Source of the DNA: a virus
DNA length: 64,000 nucleotides
IMG/VR virus record: IMGVR_UViG_3300022562_002256
Coordinates: 32,001 to 96,000 of that record
Direction: 5' to 3' (one strand)
Shown: positions 16,186 through 25,485 of the stretch, in pieces
Numbering within the stretch: the stretch's first letter is position 1
Layout of the letters: the number at the start of each line of letters is the position of its first letter
Made by a program: the position numbers and the translations under genes
The notes under the pieces: model-generated
Database searches by the model: none
What the model saw: the letters and a program-made list of their open reading frames with translations, nothing else
What the model was told of the DNA's origin: nothing

Positions 16186-17349
16186 ATGGCTATGTTGGCG
16201 GCCATGGATTTTAGTCTTGCAGCGAAGGATTTCAGCGCAGCCGTACACCGCTGTACGGCTGCGACCAACAAAACCAGCGCGATGCCGGTGCTCGCAACCG
16301 TGTTGCTCCGGGCGGGCCCCGGTGAAGTCACGGTCACTGGCACCGACCTCTACAACACCGTCGCCGTTCGGGTGGCGGCTGATGTGGCGCGACCGGGGGC
16401 GTACTGCCTCGATGGGGTCGACCTGGCCAAGCGCATCCAAGCGATGCCGGGGGGAGTCGTCCAGATCGTTCAGGCTCCGCCAGCGACCCCGGATACCCCG
16501 CTCGGTCCCGTAAAAATCCAGGCAGTGGGGACACGACGGGCCTTCGTCATGAGTGGGATCCCCGCTCATGACTACCCAAACGTGGAGGCGTCGCTCGACG
16601 CCACCCCACTCGCCTTGCCCGCCGGGGTGCTCACGCGACTGCTACGCCAGGTCATGGCGTCGATTTCGACGGACGAAACCCGAGCACACGTCAACTGCGC
16701 TCGGGTGGAGTTGAAGGGTTCGTCGGCGCGCATGGTGTCAACCGACGGGCATCGTTTGACCCTTGCCACCGCCACCTTGCCCGACAAGGCGCTCCCCTGC
16801 GTCGAGGCGCTGCTCTCGCGCGCGGCGGCTGGCATCCTGCGCAAGCTCTTGGAAGAGGTGAACCCAGCCACGGATGTCAGCCTGCGTTTTGCATCGCCTT
16901 CGCTTGTTGTAAGCGTGGGGAACGTCACATTTACGACAAAGCTCGTAGACGCGGCGTTCCCGCCATATCAGCAGGTCGTTCCCGCCCCGCGCGACGTGTC
17001 GTACCGGGTTGCGCGCCTTCCCCTCCTGGACATGGTGAAGGCTGTCGCGATTGCGAGCGACACCCACGGGATTCGACTGACGTTTGGTCAGGACAATATC
17101 CTCGCGGAGGGGAACAATGCCGAGCTTGGAAGCGGATCCGACGAGATCGGATGTGTGGCCGGTCCTGGCGCGGTTCCACCGGCATTTGTAGCTGCCTTCA
17201 ACTCGAGTTACCTCCGGGACGCGCTGAGCGTCACCGACGTGGACGAGGTGGCTCTGACGATCGACGGGGAGCTCTCCCCGCTGGTCATCAAACCAGTCGG
17301 AGCCGACGAGCCGTCTTACCTGGCAGTCGTGATGCCCATGCGGGTCTGA
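16186..17349 (+). CDS. dnaN: DNA polymerase III beta sliding clamp
   Basis: SAMPVLATVLL, GTDL, ISTDETRAHVN, MVSTDGHRL, FPPYQQVVP, AFNSSYLRDAL, VVMPMR. Confidence 0.95.
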   Translation: MAMLAAMDFSLAAKDFSAAVHRCTAATNKTSAMPVLATVLLRAGPGEVTVTGTDLYNTVAVRVAADVARPGAYCLDGVDLAKRIQAMPGGVVQIVQAPPATPDTPLGPVKIQAVGTRRAFVMSGIPAHDYPNVEASLDATPLALPAGVLTRLLRQVMASISTDETRAHVNCARVELKGSSARMVSTDGHRLTLATATLPDKALPCVEALLSRAAAGILRKLLEEVNPATDVSLRFASPSLVVSVGNVTFTTKLVDAAFPPYQQVVPAPRDVSYRVARLPLLDMVKAVAIASDTHGIRLTFGQDNILAEGNNAELGSGSDEIGCVAGPGAVPPAFVAAFNSSYLRDALSVTDVDEVALTIDGELSPLVIKPVGADEPSYLAVVMPMRV

Positions 17350-17350
17350 C

Positions 17351-17548
17351 CTACTGCGCGGCACACTTGTGGGGATTGCCGTGATTGGCGGGGAGGCACT
17401 CGCCACACTCCTGGCAGAAAGCGTCGTCTCCGTAGCAAGCGGGGCAGACGAGCTTGGCGTCCTCGATCCGGTGGATTGGCCACCCCTTGCGGATCTCGCA
17501 AGGGGTGAGCACCGCGTGGCATACCTGGCAGTCGATGGTGGTGGTCAT
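17351..17548 (-). CDS. Cys-rich Zn-finger protein
   Basis: CQVC, CPAC, CQECGEC and H..H.C in 65 aa. Confidence 0.6.
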   Translation of the reverse strand: MTTTIDCQVCHAVLTPCEIRKGWPIHRIEDAKLVCPACYGDDAFCQECGECLPANHGNPHKCAAQ

Positions 17549-17556
17549 GGGTGGTT

Positions 17557-17679
17557 TCATTCGTCGGTGGTTTCGTCCGCCAGATCCATGGCCAATTCGT
17601 AGTAGTGCAGGAGTTCCAGGTCGCGGTGCATTTCGTCGGTGGTGGTGTAGGTTCCGTAATCGCAGGTGGTGGTATCCAT
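17557..17679 (-). CDS. 40-aa acidic peptide (not in ORF track)
   Basis: GAGG RBS; MDTTTCDYGTYTTTDEMHRDLELLHYYELAMDLADETTDE. Confidence 0.5.
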   Translation of the reverse strand: MDTTTCDYGTYTTTDEMHRDLELLHYYELAMDLADETTDE

Positions 17680-17732
17680 ATGGGTGCCTCGTCGGTGGAT
17701 TGGTGGTTGCCGTCGTTACGCCCATAGACACT

Positions 17733-17748
17733 TGCACGCACCGTGCCA
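17733..17748 (-). promoter_or_regulatory. sigma54-type promoter
   Basis: TGGCACGGTGCGTGCA. Confidence 0.75.
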
Positions 17749-17847
17749 ACAGGCAACGCGGGGTCGCCATGCCCACAAACCAGCGGCGATCTGGCGGAGT
17801 TGGCACTCCGCCCCGAACTTCGCGCGCTTGGATGACGACACATGGCG

Positions 17848-17978
17848 CGCACTTCTTGCGTTTAGCCGGCAGAATTTACCGGCACCTGATGGCAGCCACT
17901 TGAGTGCTACATCGTGAGCGCCACCGTAAGCGGATTCACCAACCTGCCAAAATCGACGCGCAAACGGTGCGTGTTGGG
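17848..17978. repeat. 131-bp intergenic repeat, copy A
   Basis: Ungapped match to 25257-25387 with 16 mismatches by manual count. Confidence 0.95.
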
Positions 17979-18063
17979 ATCATAGTCCAGAATCGGCGGA
18001 GCGCCCGGCTGGACTCAGCCCCCGAAACCACGACGGTTTCGATATGGCGACGTAGAGCACCGT

Positions 18064-18079
18064 TGGCACGGTGCGTGCA
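18064..18079 (+). promoter_or_regulatory. sigma54-type promoter
   Basis: TGGCACGGTGCGTGCA followed by AGTGCCGTCTGGCATT, homologous to 5441-5456. Confidence 0.75.
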
Positions 18080-18107
18080 AGTGCCGTCTGGCATTAGGAG
18101 GCTGAAC

Positions 18108-18539
18108 ATGCACGAGTGTGTAAAGGACGGCGAGTACATCCTGGGCGTGGAGGAGACGATGCCGCCTGGGCCTTACGACCTTGAGCCTCGGTGGGTGGAG
18201 TCGGAGACCACGCTCGGCCTCAGCGTGGGCACGGTCTGGGCCCCGAACGCCATCACGCCAACAAATGTCAAGGAGCATGTCATCGTGGCGTGGTCGGACG
18301 ACTCACTCGTCCTTCTCCGGCGCAAACAAGACGACGGTCGTCCGCCGTGGCTCCTCTCTCGACGGTTGTTCCTGGAGAAATACGTGGCTGTCGATGTCAC
18401 GTGGCTGCCGTTTGACGGCGATGGCTCCTGCCGTGACTGGTGCCTCGGCTGGGACGGAGCAAGCAGCCGCTGTGACTGCGGCAATCGCCGACTGCACTGG
18501 GAGACAAACGACGGCGTGCCAACCCCCACGGTGTGGTGA
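18108..18539 (+). CDS. Hypothetical protein
   Basis: AGGAGG RBS; 143 aa; C-terminal C..WC..W..C.CG motif. Confidence 0.7.
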   Translation: MHECVKDGEYILGVEETMPPGPYDLEPRWVESETTLGLSVGTVWAPNAITPTNVKEHVIVAWSDDSLVLLRRKQDDGRPPWLLSRRLFLEKYVAVDVTWLPFDGDGSCRDWCLGWDGASSRCDCGNRRLHWETNDGVPTPTVW

Positions 18540-18605
18540 CTCCGGCGGTGCCGAGGACTTCGATGAATGGATGATAGTCCAGGATCGGCGTACCGACCGC
18601 GCCGC

Positions 18606-18621
18606 TGGCACAGCACGTGCA
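18606..18621 (+). promoter_or_regulatory. sigma54-type promoter
   Basis: TGGCACAGCACGTGCA; ATG 13 nt downstream. Confidence 0.7.
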
Positions 18622-18634
18622 TCAACTTCTAGAC

Positions 18635-18811
18635 ATGAAGAAGTCGCCAAGCACTAAGAAACCATTGCCCGACTACGGTCCTGTCAACCCGCCGATGCGC
18701 GTTTGGTTGCGCATCGTCAATGGGCATGTTGTCGAAACGTTTTTTTCCTCGCAGGCCGCAAACGCCTCTGAGGACCAAGATCACATCCACGCCTACGTAC
18801 TCGAGGAGTGA
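18635..18811 (+). CDS. Hypothetical protein
   Basis: 58 aa, MKKSPSTKK... Confidence 0.55.
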   Translation: MKKSPSTKKPLPDYGPVNPPMRVWLRIVNGHVVETFFSSQAANASEDQDHIHAYVLEE

Positions 18812-19064
18812 TCGGCGTCGGCTGGCATCGAGTTGGTCTCAAGTGGACGTTGATGCATCGGCACCCAAGAACCCCACGGTGGGGGGTGAGGGATGGTGTG
18901 TGGTCATCCCTCATACCGGGTCGTCTCCCAGCCAGGTTGTCGCGGCACCGCTGGGGGTTCCTCCCCTTGCTCCCATCGACGGAAGACCTCGTCCATCTCG
19001 TCATCGGTTGGGTTATCACCGAGCCAAGCGAGCCATCGGTTCAGACGGGCAGCGGCATCGTTGC

Positions 19065-22000
19065 TCATGCCGGCACCATAACCACGGCGTCGACCATGGC
19101 TAGGGTCGGCGGGCTGTCCGGCGGCACAAGGAGCACCGTGCCGAGCCCCAACTCCCTAACCGCGGCGCGCAGCATGCTGAACCACGCCTCAACGCATGGC
19201 CCCCGCAGCGGGCCTGATGTCTCGTCAAAGGCGAGGGTCGCCCCCGGCACCGCGCCCCACCGTTCGATCACTACTCCCGCTGTCGCCAGCGCGAGCGCGG
19301 TGCTCAGTAGCGCTCGCTCGCCTTTGGAGCACGCTCGCACCTCTCGTTCGCGTTGGTCCGGATGGCTGATCGCGATCCACCGCGCCTGCTCAATCGAGCG
19401 CTTACCCCGTGCGGCCGTCCGTGTTCCACGGTACTCGATCGACCACCCCGCACCATCGGCTGCGCGTAACAAGTCGGTTGCGATCTCGGCGATCTCCTCC
19501 CCGGCCAACTCCATCTCGAGCGCCTGGACCCCGTCACGGCCGAGTGCTTGCGCCAGCTCGCCCGCGTCCTCGGCCCGCCGCTCCAGTTCTTCGGTGGCCT
19601 CACGGACTCGGGCAGCCCTCGCTGCGGCATCCCGCTCCCGGGCGAGGCGGTCTACCGCAAGCGCAAGCCGTGTCGCGGCGACGGAGGCGCCCCGCGCCGC
19701 GTGTTCTACGTCAGCTTGGCCCACCGGGGCCGGCTCGTCACCAAAAGCCTGTAGCACGGCCGAAGCGTCGGTGTGTCGGGCTGTCGCGTCGGCGAGTTGG
19801 TCGTCGAGGAGGGCCACGCGCTCAGCCGCTCGGATGGCCTGGGTCGAGCGGGTCTGGGCGGCGACCAGCGCGCGATGACGTGCTTCCAGCGAATGCCGTT
19901 CCGTCGCCACCTCGTCGATGCTCCTCAATGCCGCTGCGCGCGCGGCCCTGAGCGGGGCGAGTTCGTTCGCGATGGTGACAAGACGCGCGGCGATCCCGCC
20001 GCGCGTTCTCTCAGCGGTGGCGATGGCAGCGTCGATGTCGGCCACCAGGCGAGTCGGTGCACGTGCGAGTCGTTCCCGTGCTGCGGCAAGTCGCGCAGCG
20101 GCGCTGGCAGCGCGTGATGTCAGGTCCACGATGTTCGGATGGGTGTAGGCATCATCGGCGGCGATGGCACGGCGAGAGCGTCGCCTCACCTCGGCCACGC
20201 TGCTCGATGCCACGTCGGGAGATGCCGCGACAATCGCTGAGGCGGCGATCCGGCCGATGTCGGTGAGCGCGGTGCGCAAGGGGGTCACGCGCCCGGTCTG
20301 AGCGACGTGCGTGGCTGCTTCCAGCGCGGCGGCGGCGGCTCTCTCGGATGCCTCCAACTCCGGGAGGCTCTCCCGCAGCCTCTCGGCACCCTCGGCCTGG
20401 GTTCGCTCCGCACGCAAAGCGTCGAGGCGGTGGTCGATGTCTGCAAGCGCGCGGGCTGCCTCGTGTTCGGCGTCGCGACTGGAGCGAATCGCCTCGTCGG
20501 CTGTGCTGACGTCAGCTCGCAAAACGCTCTCCCGCTGGCGCAGCACATCGAGCGCTTCAACCACCTCCTCGATGTGTTCGGGGGGGGGCGCTGCGCAATC
20601 GGCCGCTTGTCTTGCCGCCGCGAGCTCGGTGGTCAGCCGTTCGACTCGCACTGCCGCCGCGTCGGCGGTGGTGCAAAGCGCGCGCCACTGAGTCCACCGC
20701 GCCGCGTCGACGCGGGCTTGAGCGGCGGCGCAGTCGGCGGTGTGGCTTGCGGCCGTCGCATCGACAACCGCTCGTTCGGCACCCGTAACGTCGACGGGAC
20801 CGATCGCTGTGCTCTCTGTGCGCTTAGCGGCGACATCCTTGTCGATCGCGGCCCGCGCCGCCCGTGCCGCCGCTGCCCATGCTTCATAGTTCCCGGCGCC
20901 CAGGATGCCCAATAACGCGGCTTTCAGCCCCGAGTCGTACAGCGTGCCGATCCCATCGCTCCCGTCCCATAGAAAGGCGAACGCGAGCAACAGCACCGGG
21001 TCGGGCAGGTGCTGGCGCGCCCACTCACGGAACGCCTGGCGCCCGCCGACGAACGTGGCGGCGTCCTCGCCCAACGGGCAAACACGCACGGTGCCACCGC
21101 CATCGGTCATTTCGTGATGGATTGTCCATGCCCCTGTGGCGGTGACAACCTCCACCTCGAGATACGGGTTGGGGCCGGTGACCATCCTGTCGAACGCGCC
21201 GTGTGTGGGGCTTTCCTCTCGCAGCGCCGCGAGCATGAGACCGAGCAGCGTGCTCTTCCCCGCCCCGTTCCCGCCCGCGAGTGCCACGATCGGCGGCATA
21301 TCGCGCACCAGATACTCGGCCTCGCCGACGAAAGGGCCGAGCCCCCGACACGCTACACGCTCGAATCGCACCAGTCCCCCAGCGTCTTCCGGGGATGTCG
21401 CCACCATCTCATCGAGCATGGCGAGCACCCGCTCCCGACGTGCCGGCCGTCGACCAATGGCTGTCCAATAGGCGTCGAGCCTATCGTGGACGGACGGAAC
21501 CTTGTCGATGCCCGCCGCACGCGCACGGGTGACCCGTTGGGGCACAGGTTCAAGTTTGACCGCGACCGCCCCCGCGGCGAGGATGTCGTCTCGCGCCGAC
21601 TCGGCGGCGGCCACGATGCACGCGCGGTTGGCGTCGGTGGTGGTGTAACGAAGCCGCACGTCCGCACCTCGACACGACGCCAGCGTCGGTGTCGCGTCGC
21701 CTGCAGCGTGCTCTCGCCCGTAGGACAACACCAGACCCGCCCCGGCTACCCAGTTGCCAACAAGCAGAACCAGCGGCGTGGCGGGGGCGATGCGCCGCTC
21801 GAACGATACACGACGCCCGTCGACGTGAACAAGTACATAGCCCTTTGGCCCCAGCTCGCCGTATGTCGTGGCATACGGCGCCCCCGGGTAGCAGGCTGGC
21901 CGCCCCCCGATGAGCCAATCCTGCGCCGCGTGGACGTGGCCGAGTAGGTAAGCGTCGGCCGCCGCGCGAGCCAGGTCGTCGTTTGTCACGTCGAGGTCGC

Positions 22001-22559
22001 CCCGCCCTTGCGCCGGCTGGTCGTTCGACAGCCGTGCCCCGGCGACCATGGCATGCCCCACCAAGATGCGCGCGGCGTCAGTGCCAACGATGGCTGCCCC
22101 CAAGTCGTCCAGGATCGCGCGCATCTCTTCGCGAAGCGCAGCCGTTGTCGGTGTGCCCCCCCGCGCCTGGACGCGTCGGAGCAAGTCTGCACGCCGGAGA
22201 TGAGGCAGACAGGCAAGGCGCACGCCGGCCACGTCTATCACTCCGGGCTGCTCTACCACCGTAACGGGGTGCGCCGTGCCGAAGGAGTCGAGGATCGCCA
22301 GGTCTCGTTCGACGTCGTGATTGCCCGCGACCACGACGAGCGGGGCTGTGCGGGTGGCTTCTCTGCAAAACCACCGCGCCACGAGCCGCTCGTCGGGGCG
22401 CGAACCGGAGTGATACACGTCCCCCGCGACTACGGTGGCGGCGACGTTCGCTCGCGCGGCGTCATCAAGGATCCACTCCAAGATGCGTTGGCACTCGGAC
22501 AGCCGACCACCAGGCCGCGCCGAGATGTGAATGTCCGCGAGCGCGGCGATGGTCGTCAT
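19065..22559 (-). CDS. SbcD (Mre11)-SbcC (Rad50) fusion nuclease/ATPase
   Basis: Phosphoesterase motifs DIH, GDVYH, GNHD, GH and GHVH; Walker A GGNGAGKST; coiled coil; signature CSKGE; Walker B AFDE. Confidence 0.9.
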   Translation of the reverse strand: MTTIAALADIHISARPGGRLSECQRILEWILDDAARANVAATVVAGDVYHSGSRPDERLVARWFCREATRTAPLVVVAGNHDVERDLAILDSFGTAHPVTVVEQPGVIDVAGVRLACLPHLRRADLLRRVQARGGTPTTAALREEMRAILDDLGAAIVGTDAARILVGHAMVAGARLSNDQPAQGRGDLDVTNDDLARAAADAYLLGHVHAAQDWLIGGRPACYPGAPYATTYGELGPKGYVLVHVDGRRVSFERRIAPATPLVLLVGNWVAGAGLVLSYGREHAAGDATPTLASCRGADVRLRYTTTDANRACIVAAAESARDDILAAGAVAVKLEPVPQRVTRARAAGIDKVPSVHDRLDAYWTAIGRRPARRERVLAMLDEMVATSPEDAGGLVRFERVACRGLGPFVGEAEYLVRDMPPIVALAGGNGAGKSTLLGLMLAALREESPTHGAFDRMVTGPNPYLEVEVVTATGAWTIHHEMTDGGGTVRVCPLGEDAATFVGGRQAFREWARQHLPDPVLLLAFAFLWDGSDGIGTLYDSGLKAALLGILGAGNYEAWAAAARAARAAIDKDVAAKRTESTAIGPVDVTGAERAVVDATAASHTADCAAAQARVDAARWTQWRALCTTADAAAVRVERLTTELAAARQAADCAAPPPEHIEEVVEALDVLRQRESVLRADVSTADEAIRSSRDAEHEAARALADIDHRLDALRAERTQAEGAERLRESLPELEASERAAAAALEAATHVAQTGRVTPLRTALTDIGRIAASAIVAASPDVASSSVAEVRRRSRRAIAADDAYTHPNIVDLTSRAASAAARLAAARERLARAPTRLVADIDAAIATAERTRGGIAARLVTIANELAPLRAARAAALRSIDEVATERHSLEARHRALVAAQTRSTQAIRAAERVALLDDQLADATARHTDASAVLQAFGDEPAPVGQADVEHAARGASVAATRLALAVDRLARERDAAARAARVREATEELERRAEDAGELAQALGRDGVQALEMELAGEEIAEIATDLLRAADGAGWSIEYRGTRTAARGKRSIEQARWIAISHPDQREREVRACSKGERALLSTALALATAGVVIERWGAVPGATLAFDETSGPLRGPCVEAWFSMLRAAVRELGLGTVLLVPPDSPPTLAMVDAVVMVPA

Positions 22560-22617
22560 GAGCGCGTCACGGCCGCAATGTATGACCGAGTTTGGCTGAG
22601 GTCAACGCGACCGTCCG

Positions 22618-23742
22618 CTACGCCGCAGGCGGCGGGGGCCGATCGGAGCCCGGCACCTGCGGCGGCGCCCCGTCCGTCAACCGCGGATCAACGGGGGCTG
22701 TGACGCCTGCCTTTTCGCACTCCTCGGCGAACCGGGCGTTGAATGTGGCGCCGAGAGACACCATGCGCTCAGGGCTCACGCCAAATTTCTTGAATGCCGC
22801 GAAGAGCCCCTTCTTGGCTGACGCGAGGGCGGCGAACCGTTTCTCGTTCGAGTCTGACATAACTTGTGGCTCCGACGCCTTCTGGATGGCCGCAGCCAGC
22901 GCCTCGCCCACCGTCCGAGGCTCGGCCGGCGTTGGCGCGTCACTAAGCCAGTCAGCGATGATTTGAGCGAAATCATCTCCTGGATTCATAAACACGTCCC
23001 CGGGGGGGAGCAAGTCACACCGCGTCTTGGCAACAATGAGCCGCACCTCGGTTCGCGGCTTCCGCCCGGCCGTTTTCGCGGCAGTGACGTCCGAGACGAT
23101 TGGGACCTGCACCAATTCGCAGAAGAGGTCGGGCTCGTACTCGATGCCCTTCCGTGCGACCGGTCCCAGTCCAACCTTGGTGGGCTCGAGCTTACCCTTA
23201 TCGGTTTGGCTAATTACGTAGTCCATCTCCGATCGAAGGGTGCCTATGATATGGCACGGGCTCTCCAGAATACGCTGGACAAAGCGTGTGTGCGCCGGGG
23301 ACATCTTCCGCCAACCGGTCGAAAAGGCGTTCTTTGACGTGGACCCCTCGGTGATCCTGTCCACCGACTCGAGAACCCCGCCGATGCCAGCCCACACAGG
23401 GCTGAACGAGTCAACAACGATGACGCCGGCCCGCTGCGCTTCGCAGAAGTCGAGGGCCGCTGTATATGCCTCGATTGACTGGTCGTCTGCTGGCATGGGG
23501 ACGTGTTTGAATTGGAACCCGGTGCCCCGGCGAGGAGAGTACGCGTACTTCAGCAGCGACTTGTTCTCCACGTCGACTGCGTACACCGGCCCGAGATTCA
23601 GCGTCCGTACGAGGAACGTCGCGACCGAGAGGGCGGTGTAGCTCTTGCCACTTCCCGCAGGGCCAGCCAGAAATAGGCGCAGGAGAATGCCCTCCCGCGT
23701 TGCATCACGTGCTTGAAACTGGTACTTTTGACTGGTTTGCAT
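22618..23742 (-). CDS. Sak4-like AAA_24 phage recombinase ATPase
   Basis: LFLAGPAGSGKSYTAL, VIVVDSFS, GWRKMSP, IIGTLRSEMDY, GIEYEPD. Confidence 0.8.
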   Translation of the reverse strand: MQTSQKYQFQARDATREGILLRLFLAGPAGSGKSYTALSVATFLVRTLNLGPVYAVDVENKSLLKYAYSPRRGTGFQFKHVPMPADDQSIEAYTAALDFCEAQRAGVIVVDSFSPVWAGIGGVLESVDRITEGSTSKNAFSTGWRKMSPAHTRFVQRILESPCHIIGTLRSEMDYVISQTDKGKLEPTKVGLGPVARKGIEYEPDLFCELVQVPIVSDVTAAKTAGRKPRTEVRLIVAKTRCDLLPPGDVFMNPGDDFAQIIADWLSDAPTPAEPRTVGEALAAAIQKASEPQVMSDSNEKRFAALASAKKGLFAAFKKFGVSPERMVSLGATFNARFAEECEKAGVTAPVDPRLTDGAPPQVPGSDRPPPPAA

Positions 23743-23783
23743 GCCAGAAGCATAACCACTGCATTCATGCATGCAACAGACCG

Positions 23784-24251
23784 TCACCGGCTCACACGGT
23801 CGCCGCGGCACCGCTTCCGCGAGCGCGGACCGCTGCTGCCGGGCCCGTCACCGGCGAGATGCACGCGGATGGAGTCGCCCCCGGTCGTAAACGTGCCATC
23901 CGCGGCCGGTCGCAGCCGAGCGGGCATGAGCACCACCACGCCCCCAGAAACGTCGAGGCGGCGCTCCCCCGCGTCCGGAAGCACATCAAGAAGCGCTGCC
24001 CGCAGCGCTGCCGACCGCTGACTATCCGTGGCGATGCGTCGCTCTACCTCAACCAGCTCGGCGGCGAGTGCAGTGGCCCGCGCGCGTAGCTCACCCGGCG
24101 TAGCCGGCCACCCGTCGTCGATGATGGCAGTGTCGGGCCCACCCGTCGCCCCGAGCGAGAAGGGCCCCGACCGCATGGTGTCCGGAGCGTCCGCGGCGCC
24201 CTCCGGCGTTGTGTCTGGGCACAGATCGTCGACCAAAAGTGAGGTGCTCAT
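23784..24251 (-). CDS. Hypothetical coiled-coil protein heading the recombination operon
   Basis: LAAELVEVERRI..LRAALLDVL; positional analogy to Gp157/Gam-like genes only. Confidence 0.5.
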   Translation of the reverse strand: MSTSLLVDDLCPDTTPEGAADAPDTMRSGPFSLGATGGPDTAIIDDGWPATPGELRARATALAAELVEVERRIATDSQRSAALRAALLDVLPDAGERRLDVSGGVVVLMPARLRPAADGTFTTGGDSIRVHLAGDGPGSSGPRSRKRCRGDRVSR

Positions 24252-24263
24252 GCCGCGCGACCA

Positions 24264-24279
24264 TGCACCATCCGTGCCG
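24264..24279 (-). promoter_or_regulatory. sigma54-type promoter of the recombination operon
   Basis: CGGCACGGATGGTGCA; ATG 12 nt downstream. Confidence 0.6.
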
Positions 24280-24348
24280 CTCTGGTGGTGACGCCACCGC
24301 CGCTAGCACGCGACCGCGAAAAATCAACTGGATCGACGGTGCACCATG

Positions 24349-24364
24349 TGGCACACTGCGTGCA
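24349..24364 (+). promoter_or_regulatory. sigma54-type promoter
   Basis: TGGCACACTGCGTGCA; ATG 12 nt downstream. Confidence 0.7.
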
Positions 24365-24376
24365 TGAGGTTGAGCC

Positions 24377-24772
24377 ATGGAACCGAACGTCGCCACCACG
24401 GCCCCCGCACGAAGGGGCCGCCCCCGTAAGCCCGCCCCGCCCCCTCCGGACCCCGCTCGGCTCGAAGCCGCTCTCGAGATCGCCAGAAGCCTCGAGCCCG
24501 GGTCACTGGTGTTTGTCGAGTATGTCGCTGCGTCAGCGGCGCACCCCAGCCCCGCCGCGCTGCGGTCGGTTGCGGCTGGATTCCCCCAGAGTTACTACGT
24601 CGGGACATACCTCGGGTACCACCTAACGGCCGCCGGGCACGTTGTCCTGCGGCTGGAGGTCATCAACCGAGGGGGCGAGCGCCGCGCCATCAACCCGCTC
24701 AAGGGCGACTTGCGCGCGGTCCGGGTCATACACCCCGCCCCGCCCCCCGACGCTATGCCCATTGCGTCGTGA
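24377..24772 (+). CDS. AT-hook-containing protein
   Basis: RRGRPRKP followed by a small beta domain. Confidence 0.6.
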   Translation: MEPNVATTAPARRGRPRKPAPPPPDPARLEAALEIARSLEPGSLVFVEYVAASAAHPSPAALRSVAAGFPQSYYVGTYLGYHLTAAGHVVLRLEVINRGGERRAINPLKGDLRAVRVIHPAPPPDAMPIAS

Positions 24773-25020
24773 TGCCCGCCCGCTGGTACATCCCTGGGTC
24801 TGCGATTGCTGCGGCAGTCCGACGAGTGGCACCGGGTAAGCGGCCTCCGCTCGCCCTCCTTGCCCCGCTGGAGCGGCTTTGTCTGCGTGCCGCGGGGAGA
24901 CTGCCTCACGTTCCCATGGAATCTGCCAGGACCCCCGGCCGTGCGAGCGCGGGGTACAAGAAGGCGCTCGTGAAAGCCATCAGGCGTGCGTGCTGTGCCC
25001 CCGACTTACGGAGGTGGTAA
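24769..25020 (+). CDS. Hypothetical protein
   Basis: 83 aa, coupled to both neighbours. Confidence 0.5.
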   Translation: MMPARWYIPGSAIAAAVRRVAPGKRPPLALLAPLERLCLRAAGRLPHVPMESARTPGRASAGYKKALVKAIRRACCAPDLRRW

Positions 25021-25021
25021 G

Positions 25022-25249
25022 ATGGACAGGTTGCCTCGCGGCGAGTTCGTGCAAACGTGGTTTGACGGAGGTCGAGACGGATCCGGGTTCACATTCGGCG
25101 TCATCGAGGCCAGCGGGCCCACGGCGTTCGTGGTCAGATGGGAAAGCGGTAACCGACACCGCCGCAAACACGGGCATCCCGACATCCACCGCATCACCGA
25201 TCCAGAGTTGCGCCTCGAGGCGGCGCGCACACTGAAACGAACGACCTAG
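25022..25249 (+). CDS. Hypothetical protein, SH3-like
   Basis: GGAGGT RBS; FGVIE..GPTAFVVRWESG. Confidence 0.6.
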   Translation: MDRLPRGEFVQTWFDGGRDGSGFTFGVIEASGPTAFVVRWESGNRHRRKHGHPDIHRITDPELRLEAARTLKRTT

Positions 25250-25256
25250 ACCCAAA

Positions 25257-25387
25257 CGCACATCCTGCGTTTAGGCGGCAGAATTTACCGGCACCTGGCG
25301 GCAGCCACTTGAGTGCTACGTCGTGAGTGTCACCGTAAGCGGATTCACCAACTAGGCAAAATCGACGCGCAAGGCGTGCGCGCTGGG
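25257..25387. repeat. 131-bp intergenic repeat, copy B
   Basis: See 17848-17978. Confidence 0.95.
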
Positions 25388-25485
25388 CCAACTTTCCAGA
25401 CTTGGCGGGCCGCGCGCGTCGGCCGGGCGCCGTCAAAACATCGCGCAAATTGAGGGATCGCCCCAAGAGCACAAGCGCCGATGGT

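Noticed and set aside
17934-17990. TTCACCAAC and ATAGTCC resembling group I intron R and S elements
   Set aside because: P7 pairing is not maintained in either repeat copy and no gene is interrupted.
20580-20588. G9/C9 runs (also 37561, 37907, 62307) as phase-variable tracts
   Set aside because: They are in frame and encode Pro or Gly runs in intact genes.
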